From Coraliomargarita sp. (lineage in GTDB: Bacteria; Verrucomicrobiota; Verrucomicrobiia; Opitutales; Coraliomargaritaceae), in contig OZ244160.1 in assembly GCA_965216325.1 (NCBI GenBank), positions 2,752,001-2,816,000 of the forward strand: 64,000 nucleotides of DNA, given 5' to 3'. Both the position numbers and the translations under genes were made by a program. Each line of letters starts with the position of its first letter. Positions within the stretch are counted from its first letter, which is position 1. Under the pieces are notes generated by a model. It made no database searches and was not told the DNA's origin. It saw only the letters and a list, made by a program, of their open reading frames with translations. Of the stretch, positions 24,588-33,080 are shown piece after piece.

Positions 24588-24760
24588 CGATAACGAATCG
24601 TCAGTATGTGCTTATGAGAGATTTAAACTCAGACAATAGATTCACCATACACAACGAAAGTGCCTTCGCACTTCCGCTACACGTAAAGGCTGTAGAGGAA
24701 CTGCGAAGCAGTTTCTTCTGCGGTGGGCAGAGCTAACAGTGCAATATTCAGTTTACGATC

Positions 24761-26968
24761 ATGTCTCCAATTGAATTCATCAAAGGCCAATTACGTTTAC
24801 GCGCCCGTGATGGTGTTTTGACCGAGCGTCTTGTTCAGGAACCTGCAGCCTATGGCTTAGGTCGCGTGCCTTCGTCAACCAAGCCGGATGCAACGGTGGA
24901 CAGTGTCTGCGGTTTTTGCGCGACCGGCTGCTCGTTGAAGGTGCACCTGAATGATGGGCAGGCGGTGAATCTCTCGGCCAATACCAAGTACCCGGTGAAT
25001 CTGGGCATGGCTTGCCCGAAGGGCTGGGAGGCTTTGACACCCTTGACTGCTTCGGATCGCGCGACCACGCCGATGCTCAAAGGTGCGGACGGTCAGTTAC
25101 ACCCAGTGAGCTGGGATGAAGCGATGGATGCCTTCGTTGGTAAGTTTAAGGACATCCAATCGCTGAATGGTCCCGAGTCGGTAGCGTTTATTAGCACTGG
25201 CCAGATTGTGGCTGAAGAGATGGCCTTCCTTGGTTCGCTGGCGAAATTCGGCATGGGTGTCGTGCATGGTGATGGCAATACCCGTCAATGCATGGCAACT
25301 GCGGTGGTTTCCTATAAGCAGTCCTTTGGCTACGATGCGCCACCGTATACCTATCAGGATTTTGAAGAGTCGGATGTGTTGTTCTTTGTCGGGGCTAACC
25401 CATGTATCGCACACCCGATTATGTGGCAGCGCGTGATGCGCAATCAGCGTAACCCGGAGATCATTGTGGTCGATCCGCGTAAGACGGAAACGGCGATGGC
25501 GGCGACGCGTCACTTGCCAATTAAGCCGAAATCCGACCTTGTTTTGTTCTATGGATTGGCCGCGCGCGTGGTGGAACTTGGTTTGATTGATCAGGCTTTC
25601 ATTGATGCCCACACCAACGAGTTTGAAGCCTTCAAGTTGTTTCTGCGTGACTACGATTTGGAGCGTGCTGCGGAAGAGAGCGGCATCGATCTGAAGGAGC
25701 TCGACGAGATCGCGCACCTGATCGGCTCGGGCAAGCGTGTGTCCTTCTGGTGGACGATGGGCGTCAACCAGAGTTACGAAGGCGTGCGTCTGGCGCAGTC
25801 GATGATCAACCTTGCCTTGATGACCGGTAATATCGGTAAGCCGGGCACGGGGGCGAATTCGATTACGGGGCAGTGCAATGCGATGGGCTCGCGCTTGTTT
25901 AGTAATACGACTGGTCTGCTAGGCGGACGTGATTTTACTTCGGCGGCCGATCGTCACGAAGTGGCCGAGTTGCTGGATATTCCGGTCGAGGTGATTCCAG
26001 ATCAGAACAGTCTTTCATACTATGAGATCATCGACGCGATTGATCGCGGCGAGATTAAGGGGCTCTGGATGATCGCGACCAACACCGCGCACTCCTGGAT
26101 CAATCAGAAGCGTTTCCGCAAGATTCGTGAGAAGTTGGATTTCCTCGTGGTGCAGGACATGTATCACACCACAGACTCCGCGCAAATCGCCGACCTTGTG
26201 CTACCAGCGGCAGGCTGGGGCGAGAAGGACGGTGTCTTCATTAATTCGGAGCGTCGTATTGGCCGCACGCGCAAGGTGCGCAAGGCACCGGGGGAAGCGC
26301 TTTCCGACTTCAATATCTTCCGCCTGATCGCGCACCATTGGGGCTGCGCCGATCTATTCAAGCAGTGGGATACTCCTGAGAATGTGTTCAAGTTGCTCAC
26401 TCGCGTGAGCAAGGGCATGCCATGCGATATCTCAGGTATTGAAGGCTATGACCACTTGGATCGTGAAGGAGGCATTCAATGGCCCTATCCGGATACGGTG
26501 AATGGACCTGTCGAGAAGCAGCGCCGCCTGTTTGAGGACGGTAAGTTCTTCCATGCCGATGGGCGTGCCAAGTTCCTCTTCGAAGCACCGCGCCCGATGC
26601 CGGAGCCGCCGAACGAGGACTATCCCTACATTCTTTTGACCGGCCGTGGCACTTCTTCGCAGTGGCACACACAGACCCGCACCGGCAAGTCTGATGTGTT
26701 GCGCAAACTGTATCCAGAAAACCCTTACGTAGAGATCAATCCGCAGGACGCCGAGCGCTTGGAAATTCGTCCGAACCACAAGGTGCGCGTGCGCTCCCGT
26801 CGTGGGGAAGTCGAAGTGACTGCCGTGCTACTCTCCAGTGTGCAACCGGGCCAACTGTTTATGTCGATGCACTACGATGTAACGAACCACTTAACTGCGG
26901 ACGCCTTTGATCCATATTCCAAGCAGCCTTCGTTCAAGGCCTGCGCAGTTACAATTGAGGCCGTCTAG
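24761..26968 (+). CDS. nasA: Molybdopterin nitrate reductase catalytic subunit (NasA/NarB-like, cytoplasmic)
   Basis: CGFCATGC...[36 protein letters not shown]...QWHTQTRTG; no Tat signal. Confidence 0.9.
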   Translation: MSPIEFIKGQLRLRARDGVLTERLVQEPAAYGLGRVPSSTKPDATVDSVCGFCATGCSLKVHLNDGQAVNLSANTKYPVNLGMACPKGWEALTPLTASDRATTPMLKGADGQLHPVSWDEAMDAFVGKFKDIQSLNGPESVAFISTGQIVAEEMAFLGSLAKFGMGVVHGDGNTRQCMATAVVSYKQSFGYDAPPYTYQDFEESDVLFFVGANPCIAHPIMWQRVMRNQRNPEIIVVDPRKTETAMAATRHLPIKPKSDLVLFYGLAARVVELGLIDQAFIDAHTNEFEAFKLFLRDYDLERAAEESGIDLKELDEIAHLIGSGKRVSFWWTMGVNQSYEGVRLAQSMINLALMTGNIGKPGTGANSITGQCNAMGSRLFSNTTGLLGGRDFTSAADRHEVAELLDIPVEVIPDQNSLSYYEIIDAIDRGEIKGLWMIATNTAHSWINQKRFRKIREKLDFLVVQDMYHTTDSAQIADLVLPAAGWGEKDGVFINSERRIGRTRKVRKAPGEALSDFNIFRLIAHHWGCADLFKQWDTPENVFKLLTRVSKGMPCDISGIEGYDHLDREGGIQWPYPDTVNGPVEKQRRLFEDGKFFHADGRAKFLFEAPRPMPEPPNEDYPYILLTGRGTSSQWHTQTRTGKSDVLRKLYPENPYVEINPQDAERLEIRPNHKVRVRSRRGEVEVTAVLLSSVQPGQLFMSMHYDVTNHLTADAFDPYSKQPSFKACAVTIEAV

Positions 26969-27009
26969 GCCGCTGTTTTCGAACTCAACTTTTCAAAGAA
27001 AGGACTCAC

Positions 27010-28746
27010 ATGTCAGCACCATACATTCCAGATAACGCTCCGTTTTCGGAGGATCAACGTTCATGGCTCAATGGCTTTTTGGCCGGGCTCTATTCAAACG
27101 CACCGGGCGAGGGCGGCGCAGCTACTGCGGTCGCGGCCACTCCGGTAACTGTGTTGTTTGGCTCTCAAACCGGCACTTCCGAGGCCCTGGCGAAGAAGGC
27201 GGGCAAGCAATTGAAGGCGGCGAACTGTGATCCGAAGATCGTCGATATGGGAGACTTCTCTGTCGAGGATATGAGGGACTGTCAAAACGTGTTGATCGTC
27301 ACCAGCACCTACGGTGAGGGTGAGCCACCTGACAATGCCGCGAGCTTGCATGGTGCCTTGATGGCTGAAGGAGCGCCTAGCATGGCGGGTGTGAACTACT
27401 CTGTGCTTGGTCTGGGTGATTCGAACTATCCGGACTTCTGTCAGTGCAGTAAGGAATTTGATGCGCGCTTGGAAGCGCTTGGCGCAAGCCGTGTCGCACC
27501 GATGGTCGAGTGCGATGGTGATCCGGATGATTTGTTCCCTAGCTGGTTGGAGTCGGTTCAATCGGTTCTTGGTGAAGCTGGTGCGGCGCCTGCGGTCCTT
27601 GAAGACGATGCCGACGAAGAAGCAGGATCTGCTTTTGATAAGAAGAATCCATTTCCAGCAAAGCTGTTGAAGACTGAAAACCTCAATAAGGAGGGTTCTT
27701 CCAAGGCGACGCACCATGTGGAAATTTCGCTTGATGGCTCCGGCTTGGATTATGAGGTCGGTGATGCCCTGGGTGTGTATCCAGAAAACAAGGTTGCGTC
27801 GATTTTTGAAATCACCGGTGCGGCTGGGCTACTGCCGAGTGAAGAAGTGACCTTGCCCGATGGTAGCACGGTGAACCTGATGGAGGCGCTGCGTTTCCAC
27901 TATGACATTTGCGGTTTGCCAGAAGCATTCCTGAAGGCCTGCGCACGCCTGACCAAGAATGAAGAGTTGCAGGCAATCGTCGCGGATGAGACCCAGATCA
28001 AAGCATACAGCAATGGCCGCGGAGTTGTGGATCCGATTGTTGACTTTGAGGTGAAATTTCCGACTGCGGAGTATTTTGTCGCGAGCTTGAAGCCGCTGCA
28101 GCCACGACTTTACTCCATCTCATCCAGTCCGAAGGCACATCCGGGGGAGGTGCATTTGACGGTGGGGAAGGTGAGCTATGAGACGCATGGTCGCCAGCGT
28201 GGGGGTGTGTGCTCTACCTTCCTTGCTGAGCATACGACCGTGTCTCCGGTGAAGGTTTACTTGCACGCTAACAAGGCGTTCCGTTTGACCGAGAACAATG
28301 ATGCGCCGGCTATCATGATTGGTCCGGGCACGGGTATCGCGCCGTTCCGCGCCTTCCTCGAAGAGCGTGAAGCGCGTGGTGCGCAGGGCAAGAACTGGTT
28401 GCTGTTTGGTGACCAGCACATGGCGACGGATTTTCTTTACGAAGAACAGATCACTGCGTGGATGAAGAGCGGTTTGCTGACCCGCTTCGATACCGCGTTC
28501 TCGCGTGACCAGGCGGAGAAGATCTATGTGCAGGATCGTATTCGTGAGCATGCTGACGAGTTCTACGCATGGCTGGAAGAGGGGGGGCACATCTACATCT
28601 GTGGTGATGCCTCGCGCATGGCTAAGGATGTGGACAAGGCGATCCACAAGGCGGTCGAACTCGCCGGTGGAAAGTCCGAAGAGGATGCGAAGGCCTACGT
28701 GGAAGCGCTGAAGAAGGAAAAACGCTACCTGCGCGACGTCTACTAA
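27010..28746 (+). CDS. CysJ-like diflavin (FMN/FAD) NADPH reductase
   Basis: FGSQTGT, TSTYGEGEPP, LGLGDS, RLYSISSS, GPGTGIAPFR, CGDASRMAKDV, C-terminal RDVY. Confidence 0.92.
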   Translation: MSAPYIPDNAPFSEDQRSWLNGFLAGLYSNAPGEGGAATAVAATPVTVLFGSQTGTSEALAKKAGKQLKAANCDPKIVDMGDFSVEDMRDCQNVLIVTSTYGEGEPPDNAASLHGALMAEGAPSMAGVNYSVLGLGDSNYPDFCQCSKEFDARLEALGASRVAPMVECDGDPDDLFPSWLESVQSVLGEAGAAPAVLEDDADEEAGSAFDKKNPFPAKLLKTENLNKEGSSKATHHVEISLDGSGLDYEVGDALGVYPENKVASIFEITGAAGLLPSEEVTLPDGSTVNLMEALRFHYDICGLPEAFLKACARLTKNEELQAIVADETQIKAYSNGRGVVDPIVDFEVKFPTAEYFVASLKPLQPRLYSISSSPKAHPGEVHLTVGKVSYETHGRQRGGVCSTFLAEHTTVSPVKVYLHANKAFRLTENNDAPAIMIGPGTGIAPFRAFLEEREARGAQGKNWLLFGDQHMATDFLYEEQITAWMKSGLLTRFDTAFSRDQAEKIYVQDRIREHADEFYAWLEEGGHIYICGDASRMAKDVDKAIHKAVELAGGKSEEDAKAYVEALKKEKRYLRDVY

Positions 28747-28778
28747 GTGTAGCACAGCTGCATTTAGTGAATTGTTGT

Positions 28779-28963
28779 TGGAGAGACACCGTCCTCGGTG
28801 TCCAGTTAGGCTTAGTTCTGGACGACGGGGACGCCGTCCCTCCATTTTTCTGATATCGAATAACTAGAGCGAGTTGTCTCGACTGGATTCTGTGCGGACG
28901 GCTGTCTCGGCCCTTCGATAGACTTAGGGCGGCGAGCATGTCAAATGCGCGAGACAGCCCTAC
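28779..28963. repeat. REP cluster (TGGAG doublet 28779-28844; GTAG-type palindrome 28900-28963)
   Basis: TGGAGAGACACCGTCCTCGGTGTCC...GGACGACGGGGACGCCGTCCCTCCA; GGCTGTCTCG...CGAGACAGCCCTAC. Confidence 0.7.
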
Positions 28964-29017
28964 CTTTGACGAGAATCCTGCTTGCCTTTTGTTGCGTGGA
29001 CTGGACTGTGCGGCGCT

Positions 29018-29314
29018 ATGAAGAAAACATTTCAGTTCGCGCATCCGAAGATTAAGCCTGAGCGCATGGTGGAAGCCATCAAGGGTGAGGTGACCAAGTA
29101 TCTCAGACGGGAGCGGAAGAAGACTTTGCCGGATGGCATCGATTTCTGGGATTTTGACTGCAAGTTCGGTCCGGACGCTCAATCGGCGGTCGAGGTGCAT
29201 GTTGCCGAGTTGCCGAAGCGTATTGATGCGGCATCGGCGGAAGGCTTGGCTGAGTGCTACATCGAGATTTTGGCGAAGCCAGCCAAGCGCACAAAGAAGC
29301 CAGCGGAAGTGTAG
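29018..29314 (+). CDS. Conserved hypothetical protein (DUF6172-like)
   Basis: MKKTF...KYLRRERKKTLPDGIDFWDFDCKFG...YIEILAKP. Confidence 0.8.
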   Translation: MKKTFQFAHPKIKPERMVEAIKGEVTKYLRRERKKTLPDGIDFWDFDCKFGPDAQSAVEVHVAELPKRIDAASAEGLAECYIEILAKPAKRTKKPAEV

Positions 29315-29430
29315 AAGTGGCCTTGTCCACAGGGGCGATGCGTCGCGAGTCGAGCGAGCATTGTCAGGCGATTATTTGTAGATGACATGGGCGTTTATCA
29401 GGAGCACGGAAGTGCTATGATGATAAACTT

Positions 29431-30519
29431 ATGCAAAACCCCACATCATCTACACGGACAACTAAGAACGCACTGGGCACAGTAATCAAGCTTGGCATTG
29501 ACGTGCATGCGAGCACCTACGTGGTGGTCATGAAGATCGATAGCAGCGCCCCTTCACGCGCGAAGCGCATGAAGCCTGATATCTTCCTTCGATGGATTAA
29601 GCAGCTGAGCACTCAGTGCGAGCAGTTGCAAAGTTGCTACGAGGCCGGTCCTTTTGGTTACAGCCTGCACCGCAAGCTCAAGGCGATGGGCGTGAACAAC
29701 CACGTAATCCGCCCGATCAACTGGGACACTCATGGTAAGAAGGTAAAGACCGACGCGCGTGATGCGTTGCAAATGGTCTTGAGTCTGGACGGCTATCTGC
29801 GGGGCAATGACCGCAGCTTCAGTGTCGTGCGTGTGCCCAGCGAGCAAGAAGAGCGTCACCGCAGCCTAACCCGGCAGCGTGAAAGCTTCGTCAAAGAACG
29901 TGGCCGTGCGGCCAAGCGTGGTAAGAGTCTGGGACTGTATTACGATCAACCCTTACCCAGCGGCTGGTGGAAGCCGCGCAAATGGATGCAGCTACTCGAA
30001 CAGCTCGACGATTTTTTGATCAGCCTGCTGGAGCCACTGCGGTTAAACTGCCTGCACTTTAGCGAGCTAATCAGCAACATCGAAGAACGTATCGAAGCGC
30101 TCGAGCCGGAACGGGTGCTGCCTAAAGGCATGGGGGTGGTCCTCTATGAACAGATCGAACGTGAGGTCTGCAACTGGAAGCGATTCAACAACCGCAAGGC
30201 GGTCAGTTCCTTTACCGGACTGTGCCCAAGCGAAGACACTAGTGCAAATCGGCGTTTCCAGGGCTCGATCAACAAACACGGCAGTCCCCGCCTGCGGCAT
30301 ATGCTACAAGAGTGCGCCTGGTTATTGATCCGGTGGAATCCCGGCTACAGTGGGGTGCGTAAATGGCAGGCCAAGCTCAGCGACGAGACCACCAGTAAGG
30401 CGACCCGCAAGAAAATTGCCGTGGCCATCGCCCGGCAGTTCGCCGTGGACTGGTGGCGCATACGCACTGGCCAATGCAGTCTCGAAGACTTCGGACTGAT
30501 AAGCAGACAAAACCCATAA
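29431..30519 (+). CDS. IS110-family DEDD recombinase/transposase
   Basis: GIDVH, YEAG, KTDARDA, FTGLCPSEDTS, GSINKHGS; a divergent homolog of 17524-18678. Confidence 0.95.
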   Translation: MQNPTSSTRTTKNALGTVIKLGIDVHASTYVVVMKIDSSAPSRAKRMKPDIFLRWIKQLSTQCEQLQSCYEAGPFGYSLHRKLKAMGVNNHVIRPINWDTHGKKVKTDARDALQMVLSLDGYLRGNDRSFSVVRVPSEQEERHRSLTRQRESFVKERGRAAKRGKSLGLYYDQPLPSGWWKPRKWMQLLEQLDDFLISLLEPLRLNCLHFSELISNIEERIEALEPERVLPKGMGVVLYEQIEREVCNWKRFNNRKAVSSFTGLCPSEDTSANRRFQGSINKHGSPRLRHMLQECAWLLIRWNPGYSGVRKWQAKLSDETTSKATRKKIAVAIARQFAVDWWRIRTGQCSLEDFGLISRQNP

Positions 30520-30579
30520 GTCCGAACCAACGCTAAAGGCCTTCACCCTCTGATTTTAACGTTCTTTTGCAGTTTTCCT

Positions 30580-30770
30580 TTGTGCGGAGTGAGTCTGACC
30601 AAGCCCCTGTTGCCAACACAACGATTTTGTAGAATAGGCCACTTCGCCACCAAGCTTTTGAATGACCCAATGGATAGGTCATAGTGTGCTCTTCTGAGAA
30701 ACACTCAGAAACACGGATAGCAGGTTATCCCGGATCATCGAAACTCCGAGGCCATGCGCGGTGGACGCTC
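30580..30770 (+). ncRNA. Putative bridge/seek RNA of IS element 2 (boundaries approximate)
   Basis: AAGCCCCT (30601-30608) is the reverse complement of the target AGGGGCTT; TTTGTAG (30626-30632) equals the left flank; CGGATAGCAGGTTAT (30714-30728) is shared with element 1. Confidence 0.82.
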
Positions 30771-30855
30771 AAAGACGATTGCAATCAAAACAAACCACTT
30801 ATCTTATGTAAAAACACTCACACGCTTCTACACTCTTGACAGAAACGAACATAGC

Positions 30856-30930
30856 AGGGGCTTCGCTTGCGGAGCCCGCTTCTGGAAGGAGGATTCTCTG
30901 TGTGACGGGCTTCGCAAGCAAAGCTCCTGC
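30856..30930. repeat. GTAG-type REPIN interrupted by IS element 2
   Basis: (GT)AGGGGCTTCGCTTGCGGAGCCCG and inverted partner CGGGCTTCGCAAGCAAAGCTCCTGC. Confidence 0.78.
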
Positions 30931-30990
30931 GTTTTCTAGTCAAATTAGGGCTCGTATCCCGTGTCCTGATTGGCGTATCCCATTGGGCAC

Positions 30991-32031
30991 ATGAAATTTT
31001 CCCAAGTCGCAATTGAATCCATCGCTTATGCGTTGCCGGACGAGGTGTGGACCTCGGCGGACGTGGAGGCGAAATTGGCGTCTGTTTACGAGCGTCTTCG
31101 TTTGCCCGAAGGTCGTCTGGAGTTGATGACCGGCATCAAGGAACGTCGCTTCTGGCCTGCGGGCACCCCAGCGTCGGTGGCATCGGCTAAGGCAGGCGAG
31201 GCAGTGCTGGCGAAATCGTCCTTCAAGCGCGAGCAGATGGACTTGTTGATTCATTCTGCGGTCTGCCGTGACCGCTTAGAGCCGGCGACGGCTTCATATG
31301 TGCACGGCTTGCTTGGCCTTTCGGGAGGCACGCAGATCTTTGATGTGTCGAATGCCTGCCTTGGTTTTTTGAATGCGATGGTGATTGCGGCGAGCATGAT
31401 CGAGAGCGGTCAAATCGAGCGCGCGCTGATTTGCTCAGGCGAGAATGGTCGTCCATTAGTGGAGAATACGCTGCAGCAATTGCAGAATCCGGAGCTGACC
31501 CGTAAGACGATCAAGCCGTATTTCGCCAATCTGACCATTGGTGGTGGTGCCGTTGCGGCGGTCTTGTGTCGCAAGGACTTGGCTCCTGTATCCAGCCCGC
31601 AACTACATGCGGCAGTGGTGGAGACGGATACCTCGCACAATGAGTTGTGCCAAGGGGACTCCGCTGGGGATGCCTTGGAGATGTTGACCGACTCGGAAGA
31701 ATTGCTGGTCGCGGGTATTGGTGTGGCCACCCGCGCATGGGCCCGCTTCACCGAAGCGACTGGTTGGACCGCTGAAACGCCGGACCGTGTGATTACACAT
31801 CAGGTTGGTAAGGCGCACACGCGTGAGTTGTTCAATGCATTGAATTTAGATCTGGAAAAAGACTACGCGACTTTCGAGACGCTGGGGAATGTGGGCTCGG
31901 TTTCCTGCCCGATTACCTTGGCACGTGCGATCGAAGATGGTGCCTATGGGCCAGGACAGAAGGCTGCCTTGCTGGGCATCGGCAGTGGTTTGAGTAGTTT
32001 GATGCTTGCCGTGGAGTGGCCTGAGTCATGA
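30991..32031 (+). CDS. oleA: OleA-like thiolase-fold acyl condensing enzyme (KAS III family)
   Basis: RLELMTGIKERRFW, VCRDRLEPATA, FDVSNACLGF, LTIGGGA, HQVG, LGNVG, GIGSGL. Confidence 0.8.
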   Translation: MKFSQVAIESIAYALPDEVWTSADVEAKLASVYERLRLPEGRLELMTGIKERRFWPAGTPASVASAKAGEAVLAKSSFKREQMDLLIHSAVCRDRLEPATASYVHGLLGLSGGTQIFDVSNACLGFLNAMVIAASMIESGQIERALICSGENGRPLVENTLQQLQNPELTRKTIKPYFANLTIGGGAVAAVLCRKDLAPVSSPQLHAAVVETDTSHNELCQGDSAGDALEMLTDSEELLVAGIGVATRAWARFTEATGWTAETPDRVITHQVGKAHTRELFNALNLDLEKDYATFETLGNVGSVSCPITLARAIEDGAYGPGQKAALLGIGSGLSSLMLAVEWPES

Positions 32032-32936
32032 GCCGCGCAGCCGAATTACCAACCGATGTGCGGATGGAGTATCCGTATGATGGCCACCAATTTGAACAGC
32101 CGGGTGTGAACGGTGGCGAGCCTGTGCAGATGCACTATCTCGACGAAGGCACTGGCCCCGTCGTGATCATGTTGCACGGGAATCCGACTTGGTCGTTTTA
32201 TTACCGCGGTCTGGTCAACAAGCTAAGTTCGGCGGGTTTTCGCTGTATTGTGCCGGATCACATCGGCTGTGGGCTTTCGGATAAGCCACAGGACTACGAA
32301 TATACTTTGAAGCGCCGCATCGATGATGTGGAGCGCTTGATGGATCATTTGGGCATCGAACGCTTTAGTCTGATTGTGCACGACTGGGGCGGGGCGATTG
32401 GTTGCGGTTTGGCTGGGCGTCGTCCGGATGCGCTTGAAAAGCTTGTCCTGCTGAACACCGCCGCTTATCTGTCGAAGCGGATTCCATGGCGCATCGCCTC
32501 GATTAAGGTGCCGGTGATTGGTGAATTTGTAATTCGCGCACTGAATGGCTTTGCGGGCCCAGCTGCTCTGATGTCGGTTAAGACGCCGCTGGCGCCTGCG
32601 GTGAGGCGCGGCCTGTTGTGGCCGTATGGCAATTGGAAGGACCGTGTCGCGGTCTGGAATTTTGTGAAGGATATTCCGCTCACGCAGGGGCATCGTAGCT
32701 ATGAGACGCTTGCCACTGTTGAGAAAGGTCTGGAACTGCTGAAAAAGAAGCCGATTCAGATTGTCTGGGGCGGTAAAGACTTCTGCTTCAACATGCATTT
32801 CTTCCGCCGCTGGAAGGAGTTTTTCCCCGAAGCCGACTGCCAGTTGTTTGAGCAGCATGGTCATTACATTCTTGAAGATGGCCGAAATGAGGTGGAAGAG
32901 CTGATTTCTCAGCATTTATCGGGTCACCAAGCATGA
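32028..32936 (+). CDS. oleB: OleB-like alpha/beta hydrolase (haloalkane dehalogenase family; beta-lactone decarboxylase)
   Basis: HGNPTWSFYYR, PDHIGCGLSDKP, VHDWGG, WGGKDFCF, GHYILED; overlaps the oleA stop. Confidence 0.8.
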   Translation: MSRAAELPTDVRMEYPYDGHQFEQPGVNGGEPVQMHYLDEGTGPVVIMLHGNPTWSFYYRGLVNKLSSAGFRCIVPDHIGCGLSDKPQDYEYTLKRRIDDVERLMDHLGIERFSLIVHDWGGAIGCGLAGRRPDALEKLVLLNTAAYLSKRIPWRIASIKVPVIGEFVIRALNGFAGPAALMSVKTPLAPAVRRGLLWPYGNWKDRVAVWNFVKDIPLTQGHRSYETLATVEKGLELLKKKPIQIVWGGKDFCFNMHFFRRWKEFFPEADCQLFEQHGHYILEDGRNEVEELISQHLSGHQA

Positions 32937-33080
32937 TTGAGCGATTTACTTACGCAGTTAGTGTGTAAATCCTTCGTTATGAATCTGTAAATCAGTTCTT
33001 TGGTTTACTAGTAGGATATTTCTGGGGTTGATCTTGTGGATTTTTTGTTCATATCTGCGAGCCCTTAGAAAACATTCCTA

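Larger units (their letters stand above)
29380..30857 (+). mobile_element. IS110-family (IS1111-like) element 2
   Basis: Ends AG|ATGACATGGG...CATAGC|AG; removal restores the REP GTAGGGGCTTCGCTTGCGGAGCCC. Confidence 0.92.

Noticed and set aside
24588..24760. Moco riboswitch before the molybdoenzyme
   Set aside because: I could not identify the conserved multi-stem Moco features by eye; it is kept only as an unexplained hairpin.
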